60,061 nt of DNA from Bigelowiella natans CCMP2755 (taxonomy: Eukaryota; Protista; Cercozoa): the NCBI GenBank assembly GCA_000320545.1, contig ADNK01000994.1:1-60061 (forward strand), read 5' to 3'. Below are positions 23,852 through 37,351 of this stretch, piece after piece (position 1 is the first letter of the stretch; each line of letters starts with the position of its first letter). Below the pieces are notes generated by a model. It was not told where the DNA came from. It made no database searches and worked only from the letters and a program-made list of their open reading frames with translations. Position numbers and translations under genes: made by a program.

Positions 23852-24165
23852 TAAACATTTGATTACATCCGTCTCATATATATATATATGAGACGGATGT
23901 AATGAACAAATTAAATTTTTTAAATGGTCATCCTGATGTAGCTGTGCAATGTAGCGGCTACAGCGCTGATGTTGTGTCTGTTGGTTTCTGCCACAATGTG
24001 TTTCATGCATGCAAAAGCATCCTCTTTCGACCGATGATGGCGCGCATTGCGCGCAACAGTTCTTGAATCTTTTTCAGCCTTTGTCATCCGTTTGGTCTCG
24101 TCGTTGCGATTCATGATTGCGCTCATTTGATTGCGCAGTCTGATTTGTTGTTGACCATGTGTTGG

Positions 24166-24200
<35 letters not shown>

Positions 24201-24237
24201 CATACTTATAATAGACACAGCAATATGGTATATATTA

Positions 24238-24276
<39 letters not shown>

Positions 24277-24560
24277 TATTGCATGTCTATCATATGCTCT
24301 TGACGAAGAAGTATATATATAGGTATGCACACACTACACTGTCCATTGCAATGGGATGACATGCAATTAGTTTGCACAACTAGTCTCGCTAGCTACATGA
24401 GAATGACTATTGAACAAATTTGATTTGATCGATCACATCCATCTATCTTTCAACTAGTCTCGCTTGCGTTGCTGTGCGAATGAATATGCATGGCTGTGCT
24501 ACGCTAGGATGACTTCATTGAAAAGATCTAATAATATCTTTACATCCGTCTCATATATAC
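23695..24560. mobile_element. Cluster of direct and inverted copies of a dispersed repeat (putative non-autonomous or relic element)
   Basis: Direct copies at 23721 and 23888; inverted copies at about 23862, 24390-24445 and 24500-24560; related sequence at 1709, about 5270-5500 (inverted), 39626 and 51716. Confidence 0.7.
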
Positions 24561-24744
24561 TGCTATGCCAGTGTAGCGACCAGTGCAACACGTCTCTGCG
24601 CATGCTAGGAAGTAGTAAATCTACGGACAGCTTTTGCCTGCCATGGCCTGCTCCATAGCAGGTGCAGCATATTGTCATCATCAACAATTCACAACCATGA
24701 CGACTGACGAGAAGATGATGCGTCGCAGCCCATGCCTCTCATCA

Positions 24745-25617
24745 TTAGCCTTCGTTCTCAATCTGCTGTAGCTGCTCCGTGCAATGGTGGAACAGCAATT
24801 CCTCCACGAATTCATCCAGAAGGTCTCCGCCCAGCATCTTGTCCATCCCGAACTCGGAGTGCTTGATACGGTGGTCCGTCACTTGCTGGCGTGAGAAGTT
24901 GTACCTGATAGCATCATTTCCGTGATCTTAACCAAGGCGCTCTGCAAAGACGGGAAAGCAGCAACAAGGACAAACTACCACAAGCAGCGCAACACAACAC
25001 AACACAACCACATCGACACCAGCACCGTAACCATCATTTTGGGGCGGCTCTCACGTTCGTATTTTCTCCGATCGGTCGCCGGATCCGATTTGACTGGAGC
25101 GGAGGTCCGAGCGCCTCTGCCGCTCGATTTCTCTTTCTCGTTCATAAAGCCTGGCAGCAAGTACCTAGTAGCCGGTGACGTACACGGCCAAAAACCACGT
25201 CATTGGGAGAACGAGACGAGAGCATCAGTGATGATGATAATGATGATGATGATGAACACTAGCTGGGAACAACTGCGTCCGATCTTCGTTGTCGCTTCTT
25301 ATTCACCCCTCCCCCCATCACCGCCACCACGGACGACCTTCATCGCTTTCGCTTTGTTTTGGTGCTGGGATCGCTCATCCTGTAGGAGAACAGGCAGGGC
25401 GAGAAGCGGAAGAAGAAAGAAGGGGAGGAAGAGAAGTGCGGAGAGAGTAGACGGATGGGCGATGATGGGATAGATAATAAATGGGTGCAGTGATTACAAG
25501 GGACAGCACTAAAATTATGGACGCCTGCAAACTATTGAACACTTGCTCCGCAACACGCCCTTCTCGCCCCCCCCTTAGTTTTGCTACTGTCAAGTCGCAT
25601 GTCGCGGGTTGTATACT

Positions 25618-25652
<35 letters not shown>

Positions 25653-27119
25653 CTGAGTATACCTGCATGCAGACGACGATTCCAGTTGGAATGTGCGTTA
25701 AGCGCACAGCAGAGTCTGTCGTGTTCACGCTCTGCCCCCCTGCCCCACGGGAGCGGTAGAGGTCCACTCGAATGTCTTTATTCATCACCTCGACGCTCAC
25801 CTGATTTCATTGATATCCGTGCAGATTAGCACAGGACAGCGCCGGGGAAAACGCAGGGGGGAGGGGGAGGGGGGGAGTATACAACAGATGATGGGTGTCT
25901 CTACATAGCAGGACGACTTAGCACCTCAGGGGCCTCTGGGAGCACCGCAACTGTGCACGTGCTGGTGTGAATTCTGCCTTGCGACTCTGTTTCGGGCACA
26001 CGCTGCACTCTATGGACGCCCGTCTCGAATCGCAGCCGTTTGTAGACCTCCTCATCCCCCGTCACCACTGCGATCGCCTCCTTGTACCCTGGAACGCCCT
26101 CGGTCTTTGAAATCTCCAGCGTTTCAAAGCGCCACCCGCGGCGGCTCGCGTACTTCTGGTACATGTGGAACACCTCGGAGGCGAAGATGGAGGCTTCGTC
26201 CCCCCCGGCACCAGGTCGCACCTCCAGCACGGCACCCCCCTTCTCGTCGTCGCTCGGGGGGACCAGGTATTGAATCAGAGCCTTCTCGAGCCGCTGCAAG
26301 GATTCGATAGCATCTGTTTGCTCCTCCAGTGCCAGCTCCAGCATTTCCTGATCCTCTTCGTTCCCCGATATGGCTGTCATAGCAGCACCCTCGACTGCTT
26401 TCTTTGAGCCTTCGGCAGTAGCAGCAGCGGCAGCATCCCCTTCTGTTAATTCGGTAACGAGGGCCTAGTCGCGGATATAACGTGAGGGGGAGATTATACA
26501 CAACGGACACACTACATACGAATTCAGCGCCCTTTTTTTTAAAAAAAAAAAACATGATCAATAATTTATTTCTCTTTCGCGCTTCAGTCGTTTGATCGCT
26601 TGTACAGTGGAACTAACGAAAGTTGGAGTGTCCACGGGTAACGTAGAACCTTGCAGTCGTCCAACTGGGCTCGCGTGTTTTTCCAGTCTTTTATCATCTC
26701 CGCTGCATTTTCGAGCTTACCCACCCGAATCGACAGAGCCATCATATCGTCAACAGCGCCTTCTCCCTCACCACTCAGCATTTTCATGCCATCCTCATAC
26801 TAAACATGAAGCAAAGAAGCACATATGAATCAGAAAGTAGTAGCAGAAGTGCCCCCCCCCCAAATAAATGGAAAAAACTTTTCTTCGCTAGGCTGGATCA
26901 CTGCTCAGAACGGAAAATGACGACCTCTCGCAGGAGTCCTTCGACCTTGTCCATCACTGCCCCTTGAATCAACGGCTGGTACGTGGCAGCTGCAGCCGCA
27001 TTGTCGCAGAAAGGTCTACTGGAGAGTACGTGCTCTCTTTCACCAATCACCTGCAACTTGGGTCGGAAGGTGGCAAAGGTGAGAGGAAACGATCGCAGGG
27101 GTCGCCAGAGACCTCGCAT
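24745..27119 (-). CDS. prfA: Organellar (probably mitochondrial) peptide chain release factor 1
   Basis: [35 protein letters not shown] (PxT codon-reading motif), [24 protein letters not shown] (GGQ), [24 protein letters not shown]...VTDHR. The N-terminus [21 protein letters not shown] resembles a mitochondrial presequence. Confidence 0.97.
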
Positions 27120-27843
27120 TTGCCGTAGATTTTATCAACGAGCTTGAAGGACAAAGCTTCCACAAACTTTCAGGCGGAACAATTCGATGGGCTCCCCCAC
27201 CATTCGTTGACCACGTGCTCTGTGCCCGCTACTCTCGCAAACATGGGGATTCTTCGGAGATCTACGATGTTTTCCCGATGTAATTTTAGGCTAAAGTTGA
27301 TGACATTTGACAGTGCGCCGGATTGCATTTAGGATTCGTTACGGCCTGAATTCTAGACGACCATCTTGGTGTGTTTGCGCTACAAAAAGACGCCCCGCTG
27401 CTCCGGAAGCGTTGTTCCTGTTGCGAGGATCAAAAAGCTTTCACACGGGATGACTTCGGCGATCCGATGCCTTTTCCATTTTTGACCGAGCAATCTGGTT
27501 CAAGATGAAATCGATGTCGCAGGCATAAAAAACATGTGATTCCACGCGTGCGTCTGAGCTGGCGCAAGGCAAGAAGTCTGAGACATCCATCGGAGCATCT
27601 GCCCTGCTCCCTGACCGAAGGTCCCAAAGCTCTACGCAGCTCCTCGCTTGCAATCCCGAGAATGTGGAATGCCAATGACAAATGTGTTGCTGATTCATCC
27701 AGGCCCATGGGGAACTTCTTCTGAGAAGACCGGGTTAGACTGCTATTGCAATGAGTGCTTGAAGGCTGCTTGAAAAGGACACGATGACTGCTCGATGGCT
27801 GACCAACCGCGTTCATCGAGTCCATTGCAAAAATAACACGAAG

Positions 27844-30574
27844 ATGAAAATGGCGCACACATTGGGATTGCTCTGCGTAATTGCAGCGCTGTCATTATCT
27901 TGCATCTGGGACACAATCCAAACTAAGCGCCGATATATTCGCTCGGAAATCAGGTATCAAAGGCACTCACTCTAGTACGGGGGGAGAGGGAATCTAACGA
28001 TGCGACTCCACCCAAACATTACCATCACTTTTTTAGAGCAGTCACTTGATTATAAATGTCCCATGAAAAAATCCAATAGAGACTATCGCTGTCGCGTGCA
28101 CGCAATGTGGCAGTGTAGGATACTTTACATCTGAGTGATTTCCGGCTGCATCTTACCACCGACATTGCTCGACAAATACACGAAATTCTGTTTTCCCCCG
28201 AACGTCTCAACATAGGCGACCAAGATCGTCGTTGACTTCTCTCTTCGTACACCCAAAGAATAAGGACGTAGCTAGGCAGCAACCTCATTTCCGTCTTATT
28301 GGCAAGTTAAGGGGAGGTTGTTCATAATGATATAACTCTGAAGAAGCTCTTTCGTATCAATCCTTGGCATTCCACGAATCATTGTCTTTCTTCGCAATAG
28401 TATGCATGGTGATGGACATTCTCTTCCCCCCTCCCTCCCGCATGATCAGGATTTCTCGAAGTCGATAGAGCAAACGTGACTCTTTATGGCTACATCATCG
28501 CAAGGAGTAGGTTTCACACGCGACAAATTCTGACAACAATTCCATCATCATACTATCATCAGTATCATTATCATCACCGTCATCATTATCATCACCACCA
28601 CTACCATCACTTACATCGATGCCGCAACCGTAAAGCCGACGTGCGGCATTGTTTGCATAAATAAATATTGCCTCTGCTTTCCCCCCCTCTGCAATTCAAT
28701 ATCGCTGTGCATCCATCTCATTTGCCCTCATCCCCATTGTTACTACTACTACTACTACTACTACCACCACTACCGCAACTTCAAAAGTCACTTCGCAGAG
28801 GGAAGTCATCGCTCTGTCGTCGCCGTTCCCCAACGCAACGGCAACGGCCGCACCGCCTCGGCCTTCGATGGAATTGGCAGTCTCGGGGCCGAACATGCCT
28901 GTCGGGAAGAGCTACCTCCTCCAATTCACCGACGAGGTGGGACGATTCGAGAGATAACACATACGCATATTGATTGGTCTCTAAAAAGATTACGCCGGTC
29001 ATATTCATAAATAAGAAACTGTTCCGTTTTCCTCCAACGTCTGCTTGCTGCTGCTGCTTTGTGTGCTACAGACGGCGGATATAGCCGACACGTATCTCTC
29101 GCAGGGGAGCCACGTCAAGGTATGCGAGACCGTGTTTTCTTCGTAATTCTGTATCGTTGTGTGGTAGGAGCAGGAGAGAAGAGAATACGATGGGGGGGCG
29201 GAGCGGGGTGGCAGGAAACGCACAAGACAAGCCAGCGGTCGCGCCCTTGAGATATTGACGATATGTGATAAACCGTTGTCAGATAAAAGGAACTTGGGAG
29301 AAAATAGAAGGGGAGGAAGACGAACAGGAAAAGGAAGGCGAGGGGGTGGGGGCAACCAGCCATGGATCTAACCGTCTGCAACCTCGATTCAAGGTTCGGT
29401 TGATTACAGTAGAAGCAGTGGCTGGGCAAAACGACCAGAATTAGCCGTTTTTATACGAGGACAACAGTGTGTCGTTGTACTCTCTCTCTCTAGCTTGGAA
29501 TTAGGAAGTAGCGGTAGTAGTAGTAGTAGTATTAATAGAAGTAGAAGTAGTAGTAGTAGTAGTAGTTGTAGTAGTTCGGACCCCAATAGTAATATGATCA
29601 TCAAGATGTATATTTAATTCACATCCTGCTCCTCTTATTACCTAGGTCAGAGTGCAGAAGCTGCAGATCTACGGGGACCATTTTCAATCGTCGGCTTACG
29701 AGCAATCGCCCAGCAAGAAGAAACCTTTCATTAAAGGCTCTCTGCGACGAGGCGGGGAGGCGACGAACGACGGCGGCACCGCATCCTTAGATGCCGCCCC
29801 CGCTGCTGCTGCTACAGAAGTTCGGAATGATGAGGGGGAAGGGGTAGAGGATACAACAGCAGCAGCGGCAATGACAACGACCACACAGAATACTCATCAT
29901 CCTCCCGGGCCTTCTCTAGGAGCACCACCGTCGTCATCGTCGTCATTCCAGAAGGGACCGCTGCGGGGAAGCCCTGCCTCGCAGATGAGAGACGAGAAGA
30001 CGACTGTCACGAGTAGTCCGGGTGCTGGAGAGCACCTTAATAGCGCTGGGGGAGTACATAGCGAACAGCCTCCGTCGCCGTCTCTACTCGGGAGGCCAAA
30101 GGCAGCAGCGCGGGCCTTCGTAAAGGGGCCTCTCAAAACCACAGCTTCCGATCCTGCTCCTCCTCCTTCTCCTCCTCCTCCTGCTGCTACTTCGGGGGGG
30201 GGGGGTGGATTTGTGAAAGGGCCGCTGCGAATCCGCAGCGGTGGCAACCGACAATTCGAAACAGGCAGGAGCCGTGAAGGAGCAGCAGCAGCGGCGGCAG
30301 CTGACGGTAGTGCATGGGATGATACGGATGATGACGGGGCATTGTGCGGCTCTAGCGAGGATGACGACTCACGCGGAGACAAGGATGGGAAAAAAGGCCA
30401 CGAAGATGATGACGCAAACAGGCCAGGTCATCCAGTAACCATATATGGGCCACCACCACCATCTCGTAGTCTTACAGGATCCTTAGTATTAAGAATGAAC
30501 ATCGCTTCCCTGTGTGCTTTCCATCCGCTATTTCGCACTGTTTCCATATGCCGATCGACCGCTTGACGATCCGC

Positions 30575-30605
<31 letters not shown>

Positions 30606-31018
30606 GCATTTCTCGCTCTCTCTCCAGACGGTATGGATTCTGAGGACTGGGCCTTTGAGAAGGTCTGTGCTGAAGCACGTTAGTGGGCAAGAATCGCCCC
30701 GTATATGTGTGTGTGTGTGTGTGCAATCTGTAATGACAGATGGTACGGTTCATCCTTATCCATCAGGTACTGAGGCGAGTTAAGTCCGGAAAACCATTGA
30801 ATCCCGTCAAAATTCCAGTAAGAAAGCTTGATGAGGTTGTTCCTGGAGAATTCTGCAGGCTCAGTATCTAAGATCATCTCTGCTTTGTGTCGCACGGGTA
30901 TATAAGATGACGACAGCGAGACAGCGCCAAAAACAAGCCAGGGATAGAAATGCGGATAGGTTTGCAGGTGTAATCAAGGCGCGATATCAGCTCGAAAACG
31001 CATCGCCGCCAGCCGTGA
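27844..31018 (+). CDS. Multi-exon hypothetical protein with signal-peptide-like N-terminus and long disordered region
   Basis: Start MKMAHTLGLLCVIAALSLSCIW; exons REVIALSSPFPN...KSYLLQFTDE|TADIADTYLSQGSHVK; long exon 29646-30427 with repeated FxKGPL; then DGMDSEDWAFEK|VLRRVKSGKPLNPVKIPVRKLDE. Confidence 0.6.
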
Positions 31019-31444
31019 TAATGTATTCCTGTTCTATTTTGCTCGACAATAATGATTAACACACTGTGTAGCTCTTTGCCGCAGCTGCAGGCAGCACATT
31101 TGAGCGCACTGTGCCGCGCTGCACTGAAAAGCGGCTGAAGTAAGGAGATTCATTAGAGAATGCGTTTTTCTCAATGTTTGTTTGCCATGCATGCACTTCA
31201 ATCTAAACTGGTCAGCACAAACAGGGCAAGCTCAATCAAGTGTAGCGCAGCTGCTAGCAAACTTTATTCTTTGTGCACATTTCTACGACCTATTGGGCTG
31301 CACTTGTGGTGGTACTGTTTGTGCTGTGATCTATACTCGCTAACGGCGTGTCTCAACATGAATGATGCGTAAGCAAAGTCTGGAGCAGGAACCCTTTTAG
31401 GAAGTTATAAACTTATGTTTGTTTGCGAGCAAATGATTATTCCT

Positions 31445-31861
31445 CTACGCGGCCGTATGCAAAATGCCAAACCTATTGAGATGTTCCCCAAATTGTGCGG
31501 CATCTTTTACTTCTTCAATTGGCGGGATCGAGGAGGTCTTTCTCAAAGACCATGTTCCAAGATTCTGAACGATTGTTTCTTTTGCTTTACTGGTGCTATC
31601 TTCTTGACTGGCAGCCATCGTCTCTCGCATCAACAATCCGTCCTTTCGGTACAGATGGAAGTACACCCATATAGAATGAGATTGAAGGCACATCACAACG
31701 ACGCCCACCAGTAATGAGATCTGCATCAGATCATGATGATGAGGTGAGGTAGTGTGGTTGAGAATCGATAGGCAAACTAGTCGGTGTAAACTATACACAT
31801 AGGCATATTAAATATATTTGTGTGTCGTGTGTGTGTATTTGTTTGTTTGTATTTGCTTGTT

Positions 31862-31892
<31 letters not shown>

Positions 31893-32764
31893 ATGCACAT
31901 TACTAGATAAAGCCCTTTGTGCGTAGAGTTTCCGTATTTGAACATGACCCGTGCAGTGCCCTGTAAGAAATACACGATCCCAGGGAACAACACGAGGCGT
32001 GTGATGCAGAACACGCTCGTCCCAACGATGTTTAAGGCGCGATGGAGTCGATAACTCTCTGTCATCTTGCGTGAAAAGAGTGTCAGGAATAGTCCCGCTT
32101 CCTATCCGATGGCAATCATCATCATGTAGTTGAATTTAAATGTGAACAGCAGCTTATATCGTGCCAGCATCAGGCCTTGCAGTACCCACAGAGCGTGATG
32201 AACCAAGAGATGGAGGCGACTCGGCAAAAACACCAGGCGACCCACCGCCTCGGTGAAGTAAACAATCCCCTGCATCAGGGTGAAAAACCAGAGCTCCCAT
32301 TGGTATCGGTCAAACGTAGCCTCCACGTCGTCGCTGAGGAGGAACAGCAACCCAAAGTACGTGAATGGCACCGCCATACCTAGCAAACAACGAAGAATTC
32401 GCAACTTTTTCTGAGCAGATTATTTGCTTGGGCTTACGCTCACCTATCAGGTATATTATGTTCATGAGGGAGAATGCTGTGAAAAACTTCTCGAATTGGT
32501 CCATGCTTCTGTATTTGCTTGACGCCCATTGCAGCGCTTGATTCGACACGTACTGAGTGGGGAATCGTTACAACTCAGGTTAAAAAAGGAGGACTTGTGA
32601 ACTTCCATCCTCCACCCCTCTCCTGTCATTACCATCACAAAAATCCCGAGGAGGATGTTCCAGAACAGAACCTCGAAGACGTTCTCGAAGACAGCCCCAC
32701 CGAGCCTCGCATCCACATTTTCCAGCATGTTGCTGAAAGAAAGTAAGGCGGCAGCAGCCCCCAT
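31445..32764 (-). CDS. Multi-pass membrane protein, TLC (TRAM/LAG1/CLN8) domain-like
   Basis: Several hydrophobic helices with HLLVHHALW, VFCITRLVLFP and LQSHSIWVYFHLY, matching the HH and RxxxxP pattern of TLC domains. Confidence 0.7.
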
Positions 32765-33752
32765 CTCGTCCGTCCTCTTGTGCCGTGAATGTGGCGCGGG
32801 GTTGGTTCTCTCCGTCGTAGGTCTTGCAATCCCCCGTAAGGCCCGACCTGCGATTGGAGCACGACGGAGCTGACACACACGCACACACATCGGGAACACC
32901 GAGGGATGGATTCCATTTTGCATCTGTGTCAAACCGAATCCATTGTCGCGGCATCGCATTTCGTCTGGTTTGACCCAGCGGGGACAATAGCGATGTGACC
33001 AAGGCAAATTAGTCACGAGTAGGTGCGCAGGTCAGCAGTGCAGCGCACTGCTCGTGCCATGCAACGATGAACTTTTTGGCGATTTTTGCCAAAATCGAGG
33101 GGGGTTTCTCGCGCGTCGTTTCGCGGGAAACGCTTTGTTCTTGTGCGACTATCTCAATGCCTCGTGAACGTGATGATGAGTTCTGGCCGCATCTGAATTG
33201 TTCATTCATTGATTGGTTCATTCGTGCCTTTCCAGAAAACACCCTGGATCTGTCCAATTTGTTCGAAAGAACGTGATGCGGTTGCAGAACAAACTGTCAA
33301 TCTCAACGAGCGTTGCGTTCAGTCCTCTTCGAACCTGGCCTTTGCAACCTTGATTGTCTGTTGCACAGCCGTCGAACCCAAATTGAGAGTGCAGCCGTTG
33401 ACTCGCGGACTCCTCCACAGGTCGACGCATCAAAAGATGCCCATTGTTTCCTTTCTGAGAACGCCTGCACGCCTGTGCTCCTGACACCCATCATTCCACA
33501 CCGTCGTACCCTTCCTCCGATAGACGGTGTTTTTTTGCACAAGAATATTGTCGCAGATCACAATTCGCCTAGATTAAGCTTCAATTTGTACCGTTATTTG
33601 CTGCAGAGCATGGAAACAGGGTGGTGTACCCATAATTTCAAACGCAAATGAGCTCGTATTTCATGCTTGCGACAACCAATATCACCTAGAATTTACGCAA
33701 AATAGTTAGGACACTGCGCCGTTTCGGAGGAGGGAAAGAGAACGGAAACGCC

Positions 33753-35095
33753 ATGCTGTTCCTCCCCCTCCTACTCACGGCCCATGTGGCCCAGGCCTTC
33801 CAGGTTTTTGCAAGTTTTGACTCATCAAAGAAATCTTCTTGTGATGAAAACATTGTCGTTTTTCCAAAAAAGGGAGGCAGCACACTGTCTCCCGCAGAGG
33901 GCCTTCGAGTTGATGGACTGGATCCAAAGAGATTTGCGCAAGCTGATAACGTAAGAGCGCGGTCATTCGCGTAGCTCACAAAAGGGTCTGGCCATAATTT
34001 GTATGAGTGTATTTATTGGATTTAGGTGGGGCTTGTATTGGCAATCGATAATTCGAATCCTGTTCTGAGGTTTTGCAATTCCCCTCCCCCCGTTTTGGTG
34101 GAGATGCTAAGTTGTATTTCTTGCTTCTATTTTGCAGCTGGTGGGTCCCACCGCCCCCCCTCAAATTCAGAGGGGCCAAAATAATCTCTTCGCATGTAAC
34201 GATGTGGCAAGCAGAAGAAAAAAAAGCATTTCGGTCATGGAAGATCGAGGGCGAGGACGTTGATGTTCGGTATCAAGATGATGGGTATCCACTGAAGCCT
34301 GGCTCTCGCTACTGTTTCGCCGTCGAATATGAAACGTAGCAGATAAACTTCTAGTTAAATCAAACTGAGTCTTGTAAACGTATGAGATTGATGGATTTCT
34401 GGCATGTATGTTTATTATGTCCGTCCTATGCGCAGCTCTGATGGAGAGTTGGCCCCTCGATCTGAGAAGGCTTGTTTCGAGATGGGCTTGGGAGATGGCG
34501 AAAAGGTGGCAGGAGTTGTTCTTAATTGATTTGTGTGCGTGACTACTGAAACTATGCATTGTAACATCTCCTCAACTCATCCGTTTGTTGCTGTCATCAT
34601 CCCACTCCCCTCCTTAAGGCCTGGGGTCCATCGGCGTGGATTGGTAGTTAGATCATTCCAAAAAATAGACGAATCGATCGCAACAAAACCTGCCGGTTCC
34701 TTACCCATATCTTACCCACTCAATTTATTCTCAGGCAGCGATGACTTAAAGGTGCTCCGAACAGAGTTTGATGTATCCAGGCTGTTGATGCAGAAAGCGT
34801 CGACTGCGCGTCTATACGTCTCGGGCAGCTGGGGCCAGTACTACATCAATGGCGAGAGAATCAGCGTCAATGAGAGCCTAGGTGACGGAAGGTGTAGTAT
34901 CTCACATTTCCCCCTCGAGGTGACAATGTTATTGAACAGGCGTGGGTTGGACTCGGTACGACAAAAAGTGCTACTACGCAACCTACTCCGTCCTCCCCCT
35001 CCTGAATTCCTCTCGCAACGCCCTCGGAGTCGCCTTGGGTAGATGTACGCGCACGGAGTACACATATGTGTGTCATAAACGAGAGAAATCCTCAT

Positions 35096-35127
<32 letters not shown>

Positions 35128-36788
35128 GATGATTGGTCTCCATTTTGGAATGCGAATACGCAGGACAAGGCTGGCGAGATTTCGCAAACTTCCCGCCTAG
35201 ATTCGAGCCTGGAGATCTCCGCTTTGAACAGGCCCCGAACGTGACGCAGGTTCTCCCAGGGCGGGCCGAGATGAAAGGCCTTCTCTCGAAGCCTCCAAAA
35301 TGGACCTCAAGAGTTGTGCGCATGATTCTGAAGCTGCGCACAAACGATGGGGTCTGGCACACCATAGCACACACAACAGGCAAGAAGATGAAGAAGAAGG
35401 TGGGGATTGAGGAGCAGCAAGCAACCACGAGTAGTACAGGGCCAAATGCCACCGTATGGCAGGGAACTCTTGGTAATAATCACGCAGCAAGCTCCGATAT
35501 GCTTTTTAGTTCACAGATTATTTGTTACCGGTCTATGGTGGCTGATAACGTCATCCTTGTCGTCCAACCTCGTATTTCCTTAATGCTCCTCCGCATCCTC
35601 CCCACCGTCCTCCTCCTCCGCGTTTCTCTGCATACCTTAAATTACCTTTTTTTAAAATAAAAAGGCCCCGTTGTGTTCGATTCGCTTTATGATGGAGAGA
35701 CTTATGATGCGCGAGAGGCCCAGAGGATAACTGGCTGCTTCTCTCCTCACTACTCCCCCACTAATTCTTCGCTATGGGGCCCCGTACCTAACGTTGGAGG
35801 AGAGACGTGGGCGAAACGGACTACGCTGGTGGCTCAACGTACCCCCCCCATTCGTCAGCAGGAGACCGTTGCGCCTCTTTCCATCCGTAATAAGGAGGAT
35901 AGTAGTAGCGATTCTGATCGATGAGAGGGGCAATGATGATGACGATGATGTTGTATTGGTGATAGCTGCGATGACGTGTTCCATATGTCACAAACCCCGT
36001 TTCGTGCGGTGTGGGAGTGTGAGCTCGATGACATTCGATCCTCCTAGTCTTGTTGCTTCCGCTCCTTCCTCTGTTTACACGTAACCCTTGTCGCCGTTCA
36101 TTAGTTAATCAATTATTGTTCGGTCTCCCTCCCCCTGCCCACTTTTTTAAGGTCTGGTGGGCATGAGTGAGGATGGAAAGAGCGGCCATTTCGTGATCGA
36201 TTTTGAGAAGAATAGAGCGGGTGTGTGCAGGGTCTTGCTGCCGAAGGGGGAGAGGGGAAGCAATATCACTATCCGCCACGCCGAGACAACGATGCACGCC
36301 CCGTAAGTCACAAGTTGCAGCAACAATAAATATAGTAGTAGGAGGGGGAGGGGGGGGGGCCGGTTGGTTGGGTTTCCCATCTGTCTTCTCACCCTGCTGC
36401 TCGTACACCTCCCCTCCCTCCCTTTCTCCCCCCCCTCCCCCCCCTCCCTGTTGAAGATATGGGTATTTCGGTGAGGACGGGCAGTTCCTCTACTACGATA
36501 ACCTGCGGAGTGCCCGAGCCACCGACTCGTACATCTTCAGTGGCGCTCTGGATGAGGCTGGGCAATTCTGGCAGCCTGCTTTTACCTACCACGGATTTAG
36601 GCACATCGAAATCTTTCACTGGCCTTGCGGCAATGCTGGTAACGGTGTGGACGACGATGCGAAGGCCTTCGGTCTGCCGACGTACGCGCTACGCTGCAAA
36701 AACTTCCCTCGCGTTCAAATGATTCACTTCCGCACTGATATGGATCAGCACGGGGACATCAGGTGGGTGGGGAGGAAGCTTTTTATAT

Positions 36789-36831
<43 letters not shown>

Positions 36832-36924
36832 GTGTGTGTGTCAATTTTGTTTTTTTGGGCAAGTGAATAGAGATGGAAGGATTTGAAATAATGAGGTTAA
36901 AATACATTCTATACATCTCGCTAG

Positions 36925-36965
<41 letters not shown>

Positions 36966-37319
36966 ACACGTATCTACCTCAATATTCATAAATAGGAGCT
37001 CAAGTCCTGTGGTAAACTCATTTTGGGAGATGGCCTTGGGGTCTCTCGCCTCCAACGTCATGTCCGTGCCTACAGACTGTCCGCAAAGAGACGAGCGCCT
37101 CGGCTGGATGGGGGACGCGGGGAGCAGCGCAGATATTTCCGCATTGGTCCTCTACCGAATAGTTGACCTTTTTCTTTTCACGACTATTATGAGCGTGGTA
37201 GTAGCACCGATGGCCTGGCGGTGTGTTATTGGCACTTCCTTACCGCTCCTTTGGTTTCCTCCTGTGCTACACCAAACTGCGATTGCTGCGCACCAACTGA
37301 CGACTTTTACATACTACTC

Positions 37320-37351
<32 letters not shown>

